From the NCBI RefSeq assembly GCF_964204645.1, contig NC_134034.1, positions 8,196,962 to 8,260,961 of the forward strand: DNA of 64,000 nt, read 5' to 3'. The notes beneath the pieces are model-generated. The model had not been told where the DNA came from, searched no databases, and saw nothing but the letters and a program-made list of their open reading frames with translations. Shown here piece after piece: positions 1-13,512 of this stretch (position 1 is the stretch's first letter; every line of letters starts with the position of its first letter). The position numbers were made by a program, and so were the translations under genes. The DNA is from Tubulanus polymorphus. Its lineage: Eukaryota; Animalia; Nemertea.

Positions 1-89
1 CCTAAGTCATCTTCTGTTTAATGTCCTGACAAATGACATACACAGTAATCCAAAATATACCAGACTGAGTAAATTTCCGAAACGAACTT

Positions 90-935
90 AACACACTGTT
101 CGACCAAAAAACTTAATGTTCCGACAAGAAAATCTTGTTCGAGTGAAAACAATTCAGTTTCAATACGCTTTTTGTTTGAACCAAAACTTTCTTCAATCTG
201 ACAAAAAAATGTGTTCGAATAAAAAGCTATGTTATTGTTGAAATGAAAAACTTTTTGCCCCGGCAAAAAAATTTGGTTGAGCGAAAACAATTTTTTCGAA
301 CGAATGTTTGAATGAAAACAATTCTGTTCGAAGGAAATACTTAATACTTTTGGTTCGGAGAAAAAACTTTTTACAGTATACTTGTTCGAACGAAAAACTT
401 CATGTTCTGACAAGAAAATTCTGTTCAAATTAAAACGATTCTGTTCGAACGAAAAACCTTTCGTTTGGACAAAAAAAAGTTTGTTCAACTTTGTTCTAAC
501 GATTTATTTTAAATTGGTTCAATCGAAAAGAATATTATTGGTTGGAACGAAATAAATTTTATTCCGATGAAAGAATTTTCAAGTGAAAGGTCTTTTGAAC
601 AAAAAAAAAAGATATTTGTGGGGCTCCGTAGGTCGGCCTTCTGACGCGATGCGATCCTCGCGTTGCATCGCAAGTTTCGGTGCAAGTCGGTTGCGATATG
701 ATTGTCAGCGACTGTGTGCGACTAGTTTCTGCCAGTCGCAAGAGCGCGTAGGTCGGTTGTGACAGTCGTGTCGCGTCGCAGAAAGTAGAACACGTGCGAC
801 TCCTTGTGACTGGCTTTGCTGACAGTCGTAACCCGTCGCAAGGGAGCGTAGGTCGATGAGTCGTTGCGACACAATCGTCGCTGGCGGTCGCAGTGAATGG
901 CGTCGCAGTGAGTCGCTGACCTACGCCCGGCTTAA
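90..935. repeat. Two abutting non-autonomous transposon remnants (TTCGAAC/A-tract short repeats to about 630; TCGCA/CGTAGGTC repeats 628-935)
   Basis: Short-period degenerate repeats; the second ends GACCTACGCCCGGC-TTAA. Confidence 0.45.
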
Positions 936-3019
936 GTCATTAGGAATTAATGAAATACCAGTTTCATTTATGATGAAAAAACTCAAATGAAAAGTCTGGC
1001 TTATAAAGCTGTCTGCTCAGACGAAATTCAATAACAACCCTCCTAAATATCGTAAATTTTGTTTTGAAGTTCAATCCAATGAGTCCGTTAATAAGCTAAA
1101 CAATTATCCTGTGTTTGAGACAGTAAAGCTCAGTACCGGTAGGCCTAAAGCCGCGCAAAACTCGATAAACACTTCAAGCGACACAGCGAACGATCTCCTT
1201 TCCCCCACAGCGAATGCTTACACCTAATGTCAAGTGTGAGTCCAACGTACGGATAGGAGTGTGTTATATACTTGTATTTAGTAAATACCTTGTGCATTTG
1301 ACAATGATCGGTATGTACTGTAGGAAATATAGAGTATTGATGGTATTGATATAGAGGTTGAAGCCTGCGGCCGAATAAAGTAACATATTATTTTATTTTG
1401 ATACCTCGTCGACATAACAGCTTTTCTCCGCTATCTCTTCGGCGTGTTTAGTTTAGGCCTACGACTCCCCCGTACACTTATGATTTATCTTCGTAAATAC
1501 ACGGTTAATTTGATAAAGAAAAATAAGTATTGCTAAACTCAACTGCTTGACGCCCGCAGCCAAAACTTTGGTCGTAAAAAATTAATTTGTACTCGATTTG
1601 ATTCTCATGATGAGGAGAAACTCGCAGCTGATCCCCGGAACGACGATGTAGTGACAAAAATAATAATAATAATAATAATAATCACGCGAATCTCAATATG
1701 GTTTTCTGTGATGTAACAGAGAACCCTAAATATAGCTGCAAGCAGCGACAACGGGTTTCTGCCTTTCTGGATAGAATGTCGTTCAGGGATGCGAGCAAAG
1801 ATTTCACCCGAAATCAGTTTGTTACATTCCGTTTTTTGAAAGAGTGCCACCTAGGGGTCAACTCACAACATGGATATGTTGACCCACAAGTGCTACTACG
1901 CGCATGTGCTACTACGCGCAAAGTACTAATGTGCCAGGTTTTCGGGGAAATAACATCGAGAAGAACGAAGCTACAGTGTTTTTACCATTCCCTAGTGACA
2001 GTTTAAGCGCATATTCGGTTATTATTAGTTCCGAAAAAAAGTCGACTAGATAAGAAAACCGAATTTGGCCCAAAGCACAAATTTGGCCTATAGGGTATAC
2101 TATGCAGGAGGGAAGGCCTTATAGTGTTACTATTATTAGTAGGGGAGTGACAAGTCAGTCTGACAAGTCAAGCGATCAGATGGGGACTACAATTCACATA
2201 TGAAATTGACGTCCAATAACCATTATAAAAACATAATCACGAACGGTACCAGCACTCCCCATTACTAACTGTCACTGGTCTCTGGCTAGCAATCATTCTT
2301 TATCGGTGTAGTGGGTAGGTATTTTCAGCTGACTTTGTTCTTTTCTATGACATAACCATCGCCGCTGCGTCACGATGTGATGTACATGTACAAGGGCCTC
2401 CAATTTGTAATGTATGTGATGTATAAACTGACTTTAGACCGTTTAATATCGACGATAACAAGGTATCACCGACGCTGTCGTTTTCTGACGCTAACTAGTA
2501 TGACCTGCCTTTTGGACCGGACCAATTCAATTCAATGAAGAAAACACGTACCGGTACAGTAAATAAATAAACCGCTGTTGATTTTTCGAAGTATTGATAT
2601 CCACGAACAAAACTATACTATTATAGGTTGTTTAAAAGGAACTGCTTTTAATAACAGTACGATTAAACTTACTTCACAAACAAGGCAGTACATTTTTAAC
2701 TTGTGAATGGTCGAACCCCAGTTATTCACAGTAACCTGTGATTTGGATATTCTCGGAGCCTTCCTTCTTTATTTATTTATGAAATGACGTCACAAACTTT
2801 CAGATTCGTGCCAGTATGCGTGCCATGATCGATGATTGCTATTTCCACCGGTGTTATCTTTAAGTAACTTCAAGTTTAAAAAAGGAAGCACAGTACATCC
2901 ATAGAAACTACGCGCAGAAAGAGACTGTTATATTATTATCAGAGTTTAACATTTCGTTTCAAAGTTGTTAGTAGTCAAATCTAATAGAAGATGATTTTTA
3001 TGTGACGAAACTCTGTGGC

Positions 3020-3200
3020 AGCAGAAACCCTAATAATCATGCGAATATCAATAGGGTTTTCTGTGAAGAAACAGAAAACCCTAATAAGAAACACGCGAAT
3101 CTCAAAAGGGTTTTCTGTAAAGTAACAGAAAACCCCAATAATAATAATAATCAACAGAATAACAGCAGAGTTTCTGACAAAGGTCAGAAAACCTTATTTA
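3020..3200 (+). repeat. Tandem hairpin units of about 58 bp (AGGGTTTTCTGT...ACAGAAAACCCT) with (AAT)n; related end at 1660-1730
   Basis: Palindromic unit repeated about three times; resembles HINE 3' ends. Confidence 0.55.
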
Positions 3201-4616
3201 TATGCGATCTGTCTATTTATACTGGTACCTATGGATATTTTTTAAACACACTGAATTACAAACTTGTAACTCATGACATGTTCTATCATTATGGTGTGTT
3301 TCAAGCAGGGATGAAAATCTTACGCGGAAACGCAGAAATCTGCTGTTGGATATCTTTTTAGCATTGGTTGACGTCTATGACGTCATGCCAATGCTAGTAA
3401 AATGGATCGAAAATAGTAGTACGAAAAAATAGCGCCGACTCTTCTCATTTTCATAGTAACTTCAAATTGTCACTCCGTTCACGTAAAACATTAGAAACAG
3501 CTGAAAATGACTAAGAAAAATGTTTCAATTATTCACCACAACATAGCGTCGCCAGATTTCTGATTTAATGGTCCAAAAAGTTATTCGATCGCATTTTTCT
3601 CATTCATTATCTGGTTGATGAGAGCGAGTTAAACAATCGCGTAGCGATATGTCCGCATTGACATTGGCAGTAAAGAATGGGTAACAGCCTCTTCTGAATA
3701 GAAAAACATAAAATCATGTTAAAAAATGCAGTTAAAGAGCCATAGGATAAAAACTTGGAAAGATATCTGAAAAGTTTTAAGTTCACCTGAAAGGGGACGT
3801 TTATGCGCACAGTTCTTGAAATGTTTGGATTTTTTAGAAACTTATTTCTGAAAATAACGAACTTCAAAGTACAGTACCCTGGATTTTTATGCGCACGGCA
3901 AAAACTGACCACCGATTTATATATCGCTCCCATGTCGCATTGTTGCAAATATTGGAAATGACTTTTACATAACTCAAAACTTGAGATTCACACGGTTTAA
4001 ATGTTGCTGAAACCGTCAAAATCCATCCAGGGACAGATGAAATATGATACAACACGCATCACAGATAGTTTTTAAAAAGGGGAAAAAATGACCCAACAAT
4101 ACAGGACAAAAGTACCCTAACAAAATGGCGGCTAGCAACTGTAAAATGGTTTATTAGCCTAGGCTAAATCGTTTGGCAGAAAATAAATTCATTTTCAGGA
4201 ATAAAATCGTACTAGTCAATAGACCTTTAAGTCTGTTGTCCTCCCAATCAACATCGTCATAGAAGATTTGCCAGCAGATGTAAAACATTATAACCACTTA
4301 ATACCACAGTATAATCCACCAATGCTTCAAGGCCCATGGGCCTCTTGTTTTTGATATTGTTTGCATATAAAAAGGTGATAAATTTGTTTTTTTGGCCCTA
4401 AGATTTTGCAAAAAAATATTTCTCCCTACCTACCGACTCATCCTGAAAACTTGAGTTGTTCTTACGGCAAACAGACAATTGTTTTGGGATGGCCATAGTA
4501 TTTCTTTATACTGTATTGTATTGTGATCATGTCTGTTCACAAGTTTATTATTTTGTTGTAATTCGCAATTGTTACACCATTAAGTTATGTTCATTCACAC
4601 TTCTACTTCATTTTAG

Positions 4617-5070
4617 TCATCAGACTGAGCATGAGCATCACCAGCATACTAGAAGTCTGCCTCCAAGTGGAAGGACACGAAATGGTAATGCGTTATATCC
4701 ACACAATTCACCATCGATCCCCTCTAGATTTCAAGAACTCCTTATCAACGTACAAGGAAATGGTTCAAATTCATCAGTGCATGTACGTAATTTGACTTCG
4801 GGACAGCAAAGATCAGGCCATCCGCCAAAACGAAAACCGATTGCTAATAATAGAAGGAAAAGCATTGGTATTGGACCAGATGAAATATCAAATCGAAATG
4901 ATTTGTACTTAGGATTACCACCTACAACTCCCTCTGTGATAAATCCAGCCAATTTGATCCACGGGCGTTCAGGATCATTAAAATCTGGAACAATACGACG
5001 AAATGTACAATCACCATCAGTAAATAATGAAGATATGGGATTATCGGGCTACACAATAAAACGTCCCTAA
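4617..5070 (+). CDS. Probable terminal coding exon of an unidentified gene (about 150 aa, S/P/N/R-rich, likely disordered)
   Basis: Pyrimidine-rich acceptor cttcattttag at 4616, open frame to TAA at 5070, non-repetitive coding-like composition, AATAAA near 5137. No family recognised. Confidence 0.55.
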
Positions 5071-5989
5071 GATATAAATTGTAATGAGTTGCAACAGTAT
5101 TGATGAATGTCATTAAAGAAACCAACAAATTGATTCAATAAAATAGTAATTATGGACAATCGATTTAGCGAAGTCCATTTTGCAAACGTATACAACACCT
5201 GCTTCCTTTGATATAAAATAACTTGCAAAAGAGGCTTAGTTTCCCATCGGAACCTTCAAAATATTCATCAATGCAGTGATAAAATCTCTAACCCTATTGA
5301 ATTTCGTCGGAAAGCATTGCCTATTTGTTGATTTGGTTATTTATTTGCTGTTGGAACTACATTTCTTTTCGGAAGAACACATGACTTGTTAAGTGCAGAT
5401 TCATGCTTAATACACACGCGTGTCACACAGACTCACTACTATATAGTGTATTGTTTGTTTGGCTTTACGTCGTTTGGATCTTGATCTATATTCACTACTG
5501 CTATCTGCGTACATATATATGAAAAGTCTGTCTCTCGCGCGTGTGTGGCCTAATTAAAACTATCTGATTTGAGCAATTGCGCGCCACTGGTAAACCACTA
5601 ATGGCAATCGCGCATATTCAAAATCTTTTAAATATGGAGTAGGCCTATAATAAAATCTTTATGAATTATAAGTGCTTAGACTCAAGCAGTTAAGAGTATA
5701 CTTACTGACATTGATAGTATGGATAAAACATGCACCATCATGTAAAGTAAGGGTCCATATTAAGAATTTCAATTCTAGTCTTTTTTTTCTTTACTGATGT
5801 CTCGGAGAGTATTCTTCCACCCATCCTCAAGAGTTTCTTTAGAAATGACAGTTAAATGTTACAGAGTTAGAGATGTTGCTAAGTCATGCCAGGTACCTCT
5901 CCTGAAGGGATATTTAAAAAAGCGGACAAAAGTTTCAACTGAGGAAAGTAGCCAGGACTTATGTTAACAGCAGGCATTGGGAGCAATTT

Positions 5990-7290
5990 TTGATTACAGC
6001 CTTTAGGGTGCACTGTAGAGGTAGTGCTTGTAAAATCTTTAAATTGCTTCAAGTCTCACCATCATTATCCGATCTTGACAAAACTTGGTACTATGGCAGG
6101 GGGTGGACCCAGAGGGGGGTTCGGGTCCAAACCTTTTTAGACCAAGTGCTCTTTTGAAAATCATGTGCGAAAAATTCCACCCGACATTGATCTATGATGG
6201 AAGTCCACAGTACTTCTGAAAGCAGTATTGTGCACTAAAATTGCATAAAAATGTGCCTAATTTTTCAGAATTTTACACGAGCACCGCGCCACCGCTTCTA
6301 GCCAAAAATCCTGTTTCTCGGGCGGGGCAATCACCAAAATGGGTAGGTAGTTAGGGAATCTTTATAGAAAAAAAAATTTGAGTATATTTTGAAAATCGGG
6401 TAGGTCACCGTAAATACTTTTTACTGGACCAAATTTTTAGCCAGGAATATGATTAACAGCTAGTAGACCACAATGATAAATGGAAATTGTGGTGTTTGTA
6501 CAATAACTTATTAAAAAAACTATATTTTGAACATATTTCACAGAATTCCAAGAATTTTACAATCCAAGGTCGCTTTCAATGTTTGATAAGCAAAGTTGTC
6601 CAAGCATGGTTGCACCATTTCCAGGTGCAAATTGTTAAATCCAACGTAATAAAATAGTCTTATGATGTTGATCTCAGTGCCGACGATTTGATTAAAAAGA
6701 AAAAAACATTTACAAGAATGGAGAGTTTGATAGTCAGTCGGCCACATATATATTTTCGAAAAAAGTTGTTTCAATTAAAATTTTGAAAAAGGGTCAGGGA
6801 TATTTAGCTGAATACGATAATTTGAAACAACAAAATATCAGGTCGGTGGGGCCTGAGAAACAGGGTTTTCTTTTGTTGTAGCCTAATAGAGCTGTTTTCT
6901 CAATTTAATCTCTAGGGGCTCTGTACAGGTGGTGCTTGTAAAATCTACTAGAATTATAATCTGATCTTGACAAAATTTAATATTTAGATATTAAGGGGCA
7001 AGGGCTGAAATTTGATATAGCCATTTTCCAAATTTGACTTCTAGGGACAGGTCACGCTTATAAAATCTTTATATCATTACATGTCCTACAATTATTATCC
7101 GATCTTGACGAAACTAGGTTTACTGGGGCCAAGACGTTATAGAGCTGTTTTCCCAATTTGACCTCTAGAGGTAGCTGTACAGGTCACGTTTGACAAAGCT
7201 TAGTATGTAGTTACAATGGACCAGGGCTCAGAAGTTATTGAGCCGTTTTCCGGAATTTTCATGCGCTGTGCAGGTGGTCCTTGCAAATAA
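5990..7290 (+). repeat. Degenerate tandem repeat of about 120 bp, interrupted at about 6095-6885 by other insertions
   Basis: Recurring GCTTGTAAAATCT...ATTATCCGATCTTGAC.AAA motif. Confidence 0.5.
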
Positions 7291-8423
7291 TTAAGCTATA
7301 ATTAATAATTCAGCTATAGTATACATGTATTATCTCATTCTAGCCCAACAACCTCCTACGGTCTTTGTGGGATTTCATGCTGTATGATGGGCTCTTTCTG
7401 TGGCCACTTTTGGTGTTCTTGGCATAAGGCCAAACAGAGAAATACCCTAGTTTCTCAAGAAAGTCAAATGCCGACAGCATCATAAAAAAAGTCCCCAATA
7501 GAAATTAAAAAGTCAAATGCACCCGCCCGCATCGGAAAACATGCGATTGTCTTTGTTTATGAAAATGAAAAACCCGCTCACCCGCATGGCTGTATAATGT
7601 GCAACAGAGGTTTTTTTCTGCAGGTGTTTTCATGCTCATCCTTCACGTACTGGTAATCCACATTTAACAAAACAGCAGCAGGTTATTTTCGTTTTACTTC
7701 ATTTCGAAGAAGCGTGAAAATAGCATAAAAGATTGTCTCAGTTTCGATTAAATGTGAAGATATCATTTGATTTTATAGGTTTAGGGAGCTTCTTAGTTCT
7801 AAACAAAGCTTTTAGCATACTGTACTTGCATTAGTAATATTTGTTCATGGCATTGGTAAAAGAAACTTCCCTCCCATGTCGTCTCTTCTTTAAGTCTCCG
7901 GTTTAGCTTTTTATTTCACTCTTTTAAAGGAGTGAAATACAAATAAAATTTGCCCACCCTTGTCACTTTCCAGAAAAAAATCTGATGAGAAACTAGGGTA
8001 TTTCTTTGTGTCAGGGATGAGAATTCCCCACCGATTTCGGTATTGAAAAATATCATTTTTACAAATACATGTAGTCCAAAAATGATGTAAAAGTATAGGG
8101 GGGTGATGGTCTCAGTCGACTGATCCGGCGCGATTGGTGATCGGGTGAACCGTAAAAGCGTTCAGCGCCTGTTTTACTTATCGTTGCGTATTGCATTGCA
8201 ACGGTTGATTTTGTATCTACTACCACGATGTGTATGTATTTTATTGATCAGTTGCGGACAGACAGGCAACAGTAACAGTAGTAATGTATATAGGACTACT
8301 ACTGTTGCCACGCACATACGTGGCGAGAGCACCTTCATATATCATATACTGTGTTGATTTATAAGGCTTTTTTATTTAAGCAACTCGAATCAACACGGAT
8401 CGAATCGAATAAAAACGCCTTTA

Positions 8424-9024
8424 GGCCACACCAAATGAAAAACCCCGTTTCTCGGGCCCGACCGACCCGATACTTCCCTATTTCAAATAATCATTTTCAG
8501 GATAAAATATAATCGCCTACCCACCCTTTTTCAAAATTTATGGTGAAATAACTTTTTTCAAAAATATATATGTGGGCGACCGACTACCAAACTCGTTTCT
8601 CGTAAATATTTTTTTACCAAATCGTGATGTCGGCACTGGAGATCAACATCATAAAACATTTTATTATATCGGATTTAAAATTTGATTCTGGAATTGGCGC
8701 AACCATGCTCAGACAACTTTGCTAATCGGACTTTGATGGCGACTTTGGATTGTAAAATTCCAGGAATTCCCTGAAATATGTTCAATAGTTTTTTTATAGT
8801 TAATTGTACAAACACCTCAATTTCCTTTTATTATTGTGGTCTACTAGCTGTTAATCATATTCCTGGACAAAAAAATTTTGTCCAGTAAAAATTATTTACG
8901 GCAACCTACCCACTGATAGAAAAAACGATATTTTTTTTCTATAAAAAGAAAAAAAATGTCTTACCTACCTACCCATTTTGGTGATTGCCCTGCCCGAGAA
9001 ACAGGATTTTCTTTTGGTGTGGCC
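8424..9024. mobile_element. PIF/Harbinger (Tourist-like) MITE; inverted relative at about 6300-6885
   Basis: TIR GGCCACACCAAA...TTTGGTGTGGCC, 3-bp TSD TTA. Confidence 0.75.
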
Positions 9025-9089
9025 TTAGTGAGCATTCATCGGCGCATTTTAGCTGCAATTATTCAGGGCTCGACCCGTAATGCATGAGA

Positions 9090-9900
9090 TGATAATTCTC
9101 CATCGACAGTTCATCCTGGAACGTCCTGTATGGTTTTAATATCGCAGGGATTTGAGTCTTTCAGGCCAACCAACAAAAACAGTTTCTTTGAGGGCTGACA
9201 GTTCTACATCCTGGTCTGTATCTCGGCGAATTTTATTCAGTGGAGTGCCAGAAAACTGCATATGATGGAATCCCTTCTATCGGCGGACCTCGGATAGGTG
9301 ATACTCTCGTGAGAGCGACCGCTAACAGCATTTCTCTACCTGCTGGACCTTAAGCGACGTACACTGTAATCTAGGGGGTGCTGCGGTTATATTTTTCAGA
9401 TATATGCTCTCCATGGGTTTATTGTCTGATTGTAGTATAAACTCCTTTCTGAATAAGTACGGTACATGTATGTGTGAAATTTTCAATACCTCTATGTCAC
9501 TGCAAGCATCTCCCGTTCAAAAATTGCATATCTTATGTCTCCATGTGGTTAATCGCTTTTGAAGCATATGCTACAGGACAATCATTTTGAATCAATGCAA
9601 CCCTGATGCCCTTCAAAGAAGTGTTGACTTGTAATATTGAGTCCTTCTTTGGGTCAAAATACCATAGCGTCCTTTCTTTGCTAGTTGCATCCTTGATTTT
9701 CTAAAAGGCAGCATCATGACTTGAGCACCACTTTTAAACTCTGCATCTTTCTTGACCAATTCACGCATTGCTGACGTTTGAGATGACATGTTAGGTACAA
9801 ATGTATAAATAATATTACCGGCATCCCTAAGAACGACAGTAGATCTTTTACATTCTCTGGAGGTTTCATCAATCGGATGGCTTTACTTTCGGCTTTCAAT
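9090..9900 (-). mobile_element. Degenerate Ty3/Gypsy LTR-retrotransposon pol fragment (RT C-terminus and RNase H)
   Basis: Frameshifted remnants MKPPENVKDLLSFLGM, YFDPKKDSILQV, QNDCPVAYASK, EREMLAV, NITAAPPRLQ, GWPE. Confidence 0.8.
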
Positions 9901-12352
9901 TCCTCTATAGTGGTTGCGACATGGTGGCATCTTCTTATAGCCTTATTCGAAGGGTCAAGGCAAGGTTAAGGCAACCTTGACCCTAAGTAGCCATCAAATT
10001 TATCACAGGCTATTTTCTAATAGCAAAAGCTGTTGTGAAATTCGAACGAATGCCGAGCCAGTCTCTTTGAAAACTTTAACTAAGCCACACACGAGGCACG
10101 CTGTTCATGTAACTAGCAACGCATGGTGAATAGATAAATAACCACAGCAGGGGTCAGAGTGACGCGTGTGTAAAGCAGAAAGTGTTCTTCCAAAAAGAAA
10201 TGCAGATCCAGCAACAAAAATAACTTAATCAGCAAATATGCAACGCTTAACGACAAATTCAAGGGTTAGAGATTTTATTACCGCATTGTAATATTGAATA
10301 TTTCACAATTTCAGAAGAGAAACTAAGCCTCGTTCGCAAGTTATTTTGTATACATTGGTACGAGTTCATTGGTAATATAGTGCGATTGCATACAATGTAC
10401 GACCTTTGAAAATGTGCTATTTTGTTGTATGTACTTCATGAACGTTCTCTAGTAAATTGTATCCAGTGTGAATTTGATAAAAGTCTTACTTGGGGCAAAA
10501 TTCGGTTTGTAAACTGCACTGTATATAACTGATTATGTCCAAGTTTATTATAATGACGTTCCACTGAAATAAAATGTGTATTCAATAAATTATATTGATA
10601 TTCAATATCAAATATAAGTAAAACGCCCCAGGTTAAAATCCACGCAAGTTAATATCAATTCAAAATCAGAAAAGCTGGCACTTATCCCAGTACTGGCTTT
10701 AACAGTGGGGTTTCTAACCAAGAAGGATTTTAAAGAGGGAGGATATTTTACTTTTTACCTCAAATATCAACTGTAATGCGTGATCGATTATAATTTGAGT
10801 GATTATTGTTTTGAGCCTCATTTATACAACATAGTTCTTTTTTCATGCACATGCCCATTCTGCAGGTGAATGCAATAAAATGGATAATTCTAATATTATT
10901 TGACATCTTTTGTAACTTTTGAGGTTTGTTGGCCGATACTTAGCACTAGTGATGATGGTAAGCTGATATTTCTAACACTTCTTTGGTGATACCTTAGATG
11001 CCTAAGGCCAAAAAAATGATACCTTGTTTCTCATTTATGAAGGAAAACAGTATGACCAAAAGTGACCCAGCTGGCAGCATTTAGTTTTTATTTTTTCCAT
11101 AAAAAAGTATGAATCCGACAATTTATGCATGGTCTACCGTTCTATGTAGTGGATACGGCACGAACATAGAAGCTATACTGTTCCTCATCTGCTTATTGCT
11201 TTTTGCCATGATCAAGGTACACATAACAGCCGACCTGCTGTTATAGAAATGATCTCATGATTTCAAATTTATTGCAGTTTACTAAAATGACCCCAACTGA
11301 TTATGAGAAACAACTTAGGCCCTATCATTTAGCCATATCGAGATACAAAAAAGATACAAAAACTTATTTCCGTTAATCAATGATAACTCACATGATAACA
11401 GTTTGTCTTTATTATAAATCGCAGTTCTTTGCGCTGATTTGGGTTATATGTGCATAGATACCCCTTGATTCACTAAAAATATAGGATACCAAACCCATTT
11501 TTCTCGTCGGCCGGTGCCTTAAAGAAATTATTTCCTCTTCGTGTAGGCCTACACGGGGTACTTAAATTAATAACATTAAATCAAAGAAATGGACAACAGT
11601 TCACTAACATATTACTGATACCGTACGATGATTTTAATAATTGAAAATTTGACGAACTTTCACATAAGACACAACGCACCTTTTCAAAGGGCGTATTAGA
11701 GGGCACCCTTTCCATAAAGAAAGGTACTTTCATTCATGGCAAGGGCAGTTTCCATACATAATATTGAACCAGAAAGCGCCTTTTTATATAAAATAAACCC
11801 CAATCTTAAATCCTGCCTACGGACCTGTTTTGAGCAACTGTTAATACATGTACTTAGTAAATCGTTTTTTATTTTGATATGTATTTTTGCTACGTTTTAG
11901 TCCTTATGAATCCATTAAAAAATAATTATTTTATTACTGTATTGTTTCTTCATTTACTTAAGGTTCAGCTGTGCTATGGTCGGTCCAATTCTCTAAATTC
12001 CGTGTATTCTATTTTTCATGGCCAGAACCAAAAATCTACCTCTCAACGGAGAGCCGGAATTTTCTAAGTTGGAAGCTATGACTAAACAAACATGAACAGG
12101 CTGTGAAGTATAAATTGCACCCGAAGCATGGGATTCGAACCTACTCTATGTATGGCATTAGCTAGTCAAAAGATTCCGTTCATAGGCTAACATCAACCAA
12201 ATTGGCAAATCTTTGACTTTATTCAAAATATTTATCCACACGACCTTGATTCAATTTCAATTAATCTTATTTTATTCAGTGAACCTTATTGATTTCCGGT
12301 TTACTATGCCCCACAATTCGAAGTTTATATGAAATAATTTATTAAAACAAAA

Positions 12353-12394
12353 CCACAACGTTTCGGCTGTTGACTAACAGCCATCATCAGGTGG
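12353..12394 (-). ncRNA. Minimal type I hammerhead ribozyme (inverted pLTR copy)
   Basis: Minus strand: ccac-CTGATGA-t-ggctgtt-agtc-aacagcc-GAAA-cgtt-gtgg, with a perfect 7-bp stem II. Confidence 0.78.
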
Positions 12395-12857
12395 AATGAC
12401 CAATCGGGTCGCAATCTTAGTCAACGTATTAAGGAACATAGGGTAGACATCCATAATCAAAAGCCTGAGAGTGGGATAGCAAACCATGTTTTTACACTCA
12501 ACCACCAATTTGACTTTCAAAATTCTAAACTCATTTATCCTTGTACAGACATCCATAAGAGAAACATAGTGAAATCCAACTTATCTACCAATCTAAATAC
12601 TGGTTGTTCTCCTCATAATCAATTATTATCTAGACATATCAACTCTCCACTACATTTTGGTTAATGTCACTGTGTCACACTGCTATCCCCATCCACTTCT
12701 ACTCCACTTTTGTATTCATCCTAACTGTTCATAGAATTTTGTGGTTTCCACAGTAGTTTTCATTTGTCACTTGTTCTGTTTGCGTTTATTCTGACACTTC
12801 GCTTTTGTTTATGTCCTGTAAGTTTGTATGCTACGTTACTTCTGTTTTCTGGTCATT

Positions 12858-12899
12858 CCACCTGATGATGGCAGTTAGTCAACAGCCGAAACGTTGTGG
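12858..12899 (+). ncRNA. Minimal type I hammerhead ribozyme (PLE-associated)
   Basis: ccac-CTGATGA-t-ggcagtt-agtc-aacagcc-GAAA-cgtt-gtgg: conserved core, stem II with one mismatch, stem I ccac/gtgg, palindromic ACGT in place of stem III. Confidence 0.75.
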
Positions 12900-13492
12900 T
12901 TTTGTTTCAATAAATCATTTCATATAAAATTCGAATCGTGGGGTTGCTGCATTGAAATTCATATCACAATATAAAAATAGTCGTCGGATTTTGAACATCA
13001 TTTTGCAGTATGCTGATAACAATATGGACTTCATTGATATTTGCCCAATTTCATTTTCCGAAAAAAAATCTTGATGAGAAGAAAAGTATTAATTCATGTG
13101 GCCTAAAAAGCAACAAATAACATAAAATATCATGTAAAACTGTATAAACGACTTTATTCTGATTTCAAATAGTATCAGTACAGCATAAAACATGATCGCG
13201 TTTTTCTACGTAGTCTTTCTATATATGTTTACCAAACTCCTGAACTTGCCAGTAGTTTCCAAACACAAATCCGAAACACATCATATCTACTAACGGAATG
13301 ATCTCAAGAAAACACAGATGCATAGATTGGGGAGAAAGCAATTAAAGCCTTCATTTATTTCAGTCGAATAAAACTCGTGAAGTCTTTTCTACTCAAAATG
13401 GTTAGCTTCTCCAGATGCGATGCTAAAAATTTCATTTGTTCATTGGTTGACTGTCTGCATTTCCTGTGTTGTAAATTTTGCTTGTAATTCTT

Positions 13493-13512
13493 CTATTCAA
13501 GATCAGGTAAAT
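13493..13512 (-). CDS. PTGES3: p23/PTGES3 terminal coding exon (DLPDLE-stop)
   Basis: ttatttcag acceptor, phase 1 (G+AT=Asp); the PDLE C-terminus is typical of p23. Joined CDS is 495 nt (164 aa). AATAAA on the minus strand near 13153-13158. Confidence 0.9.

Larger units (their letters stand above)
12309..12943 (+). mobile_element. 5'-truncated Penelope-like element with inverted pLTR arrangement
   Basis: Inverted repeats 12309-12402 and 12850-12943; the interior encodes a GIY-YIG C-terminal half (SGRNLSQRIKEHRVDIHNQKPESGIANHVFTLNHQFDFQNSKLIY...). Confidence 0.85.

Noticed and set aside
18-488. 156-aa F/S-rich ORF
   Set aside because: Translation of a degenerate short-period repeat; no ATG start and no domain.
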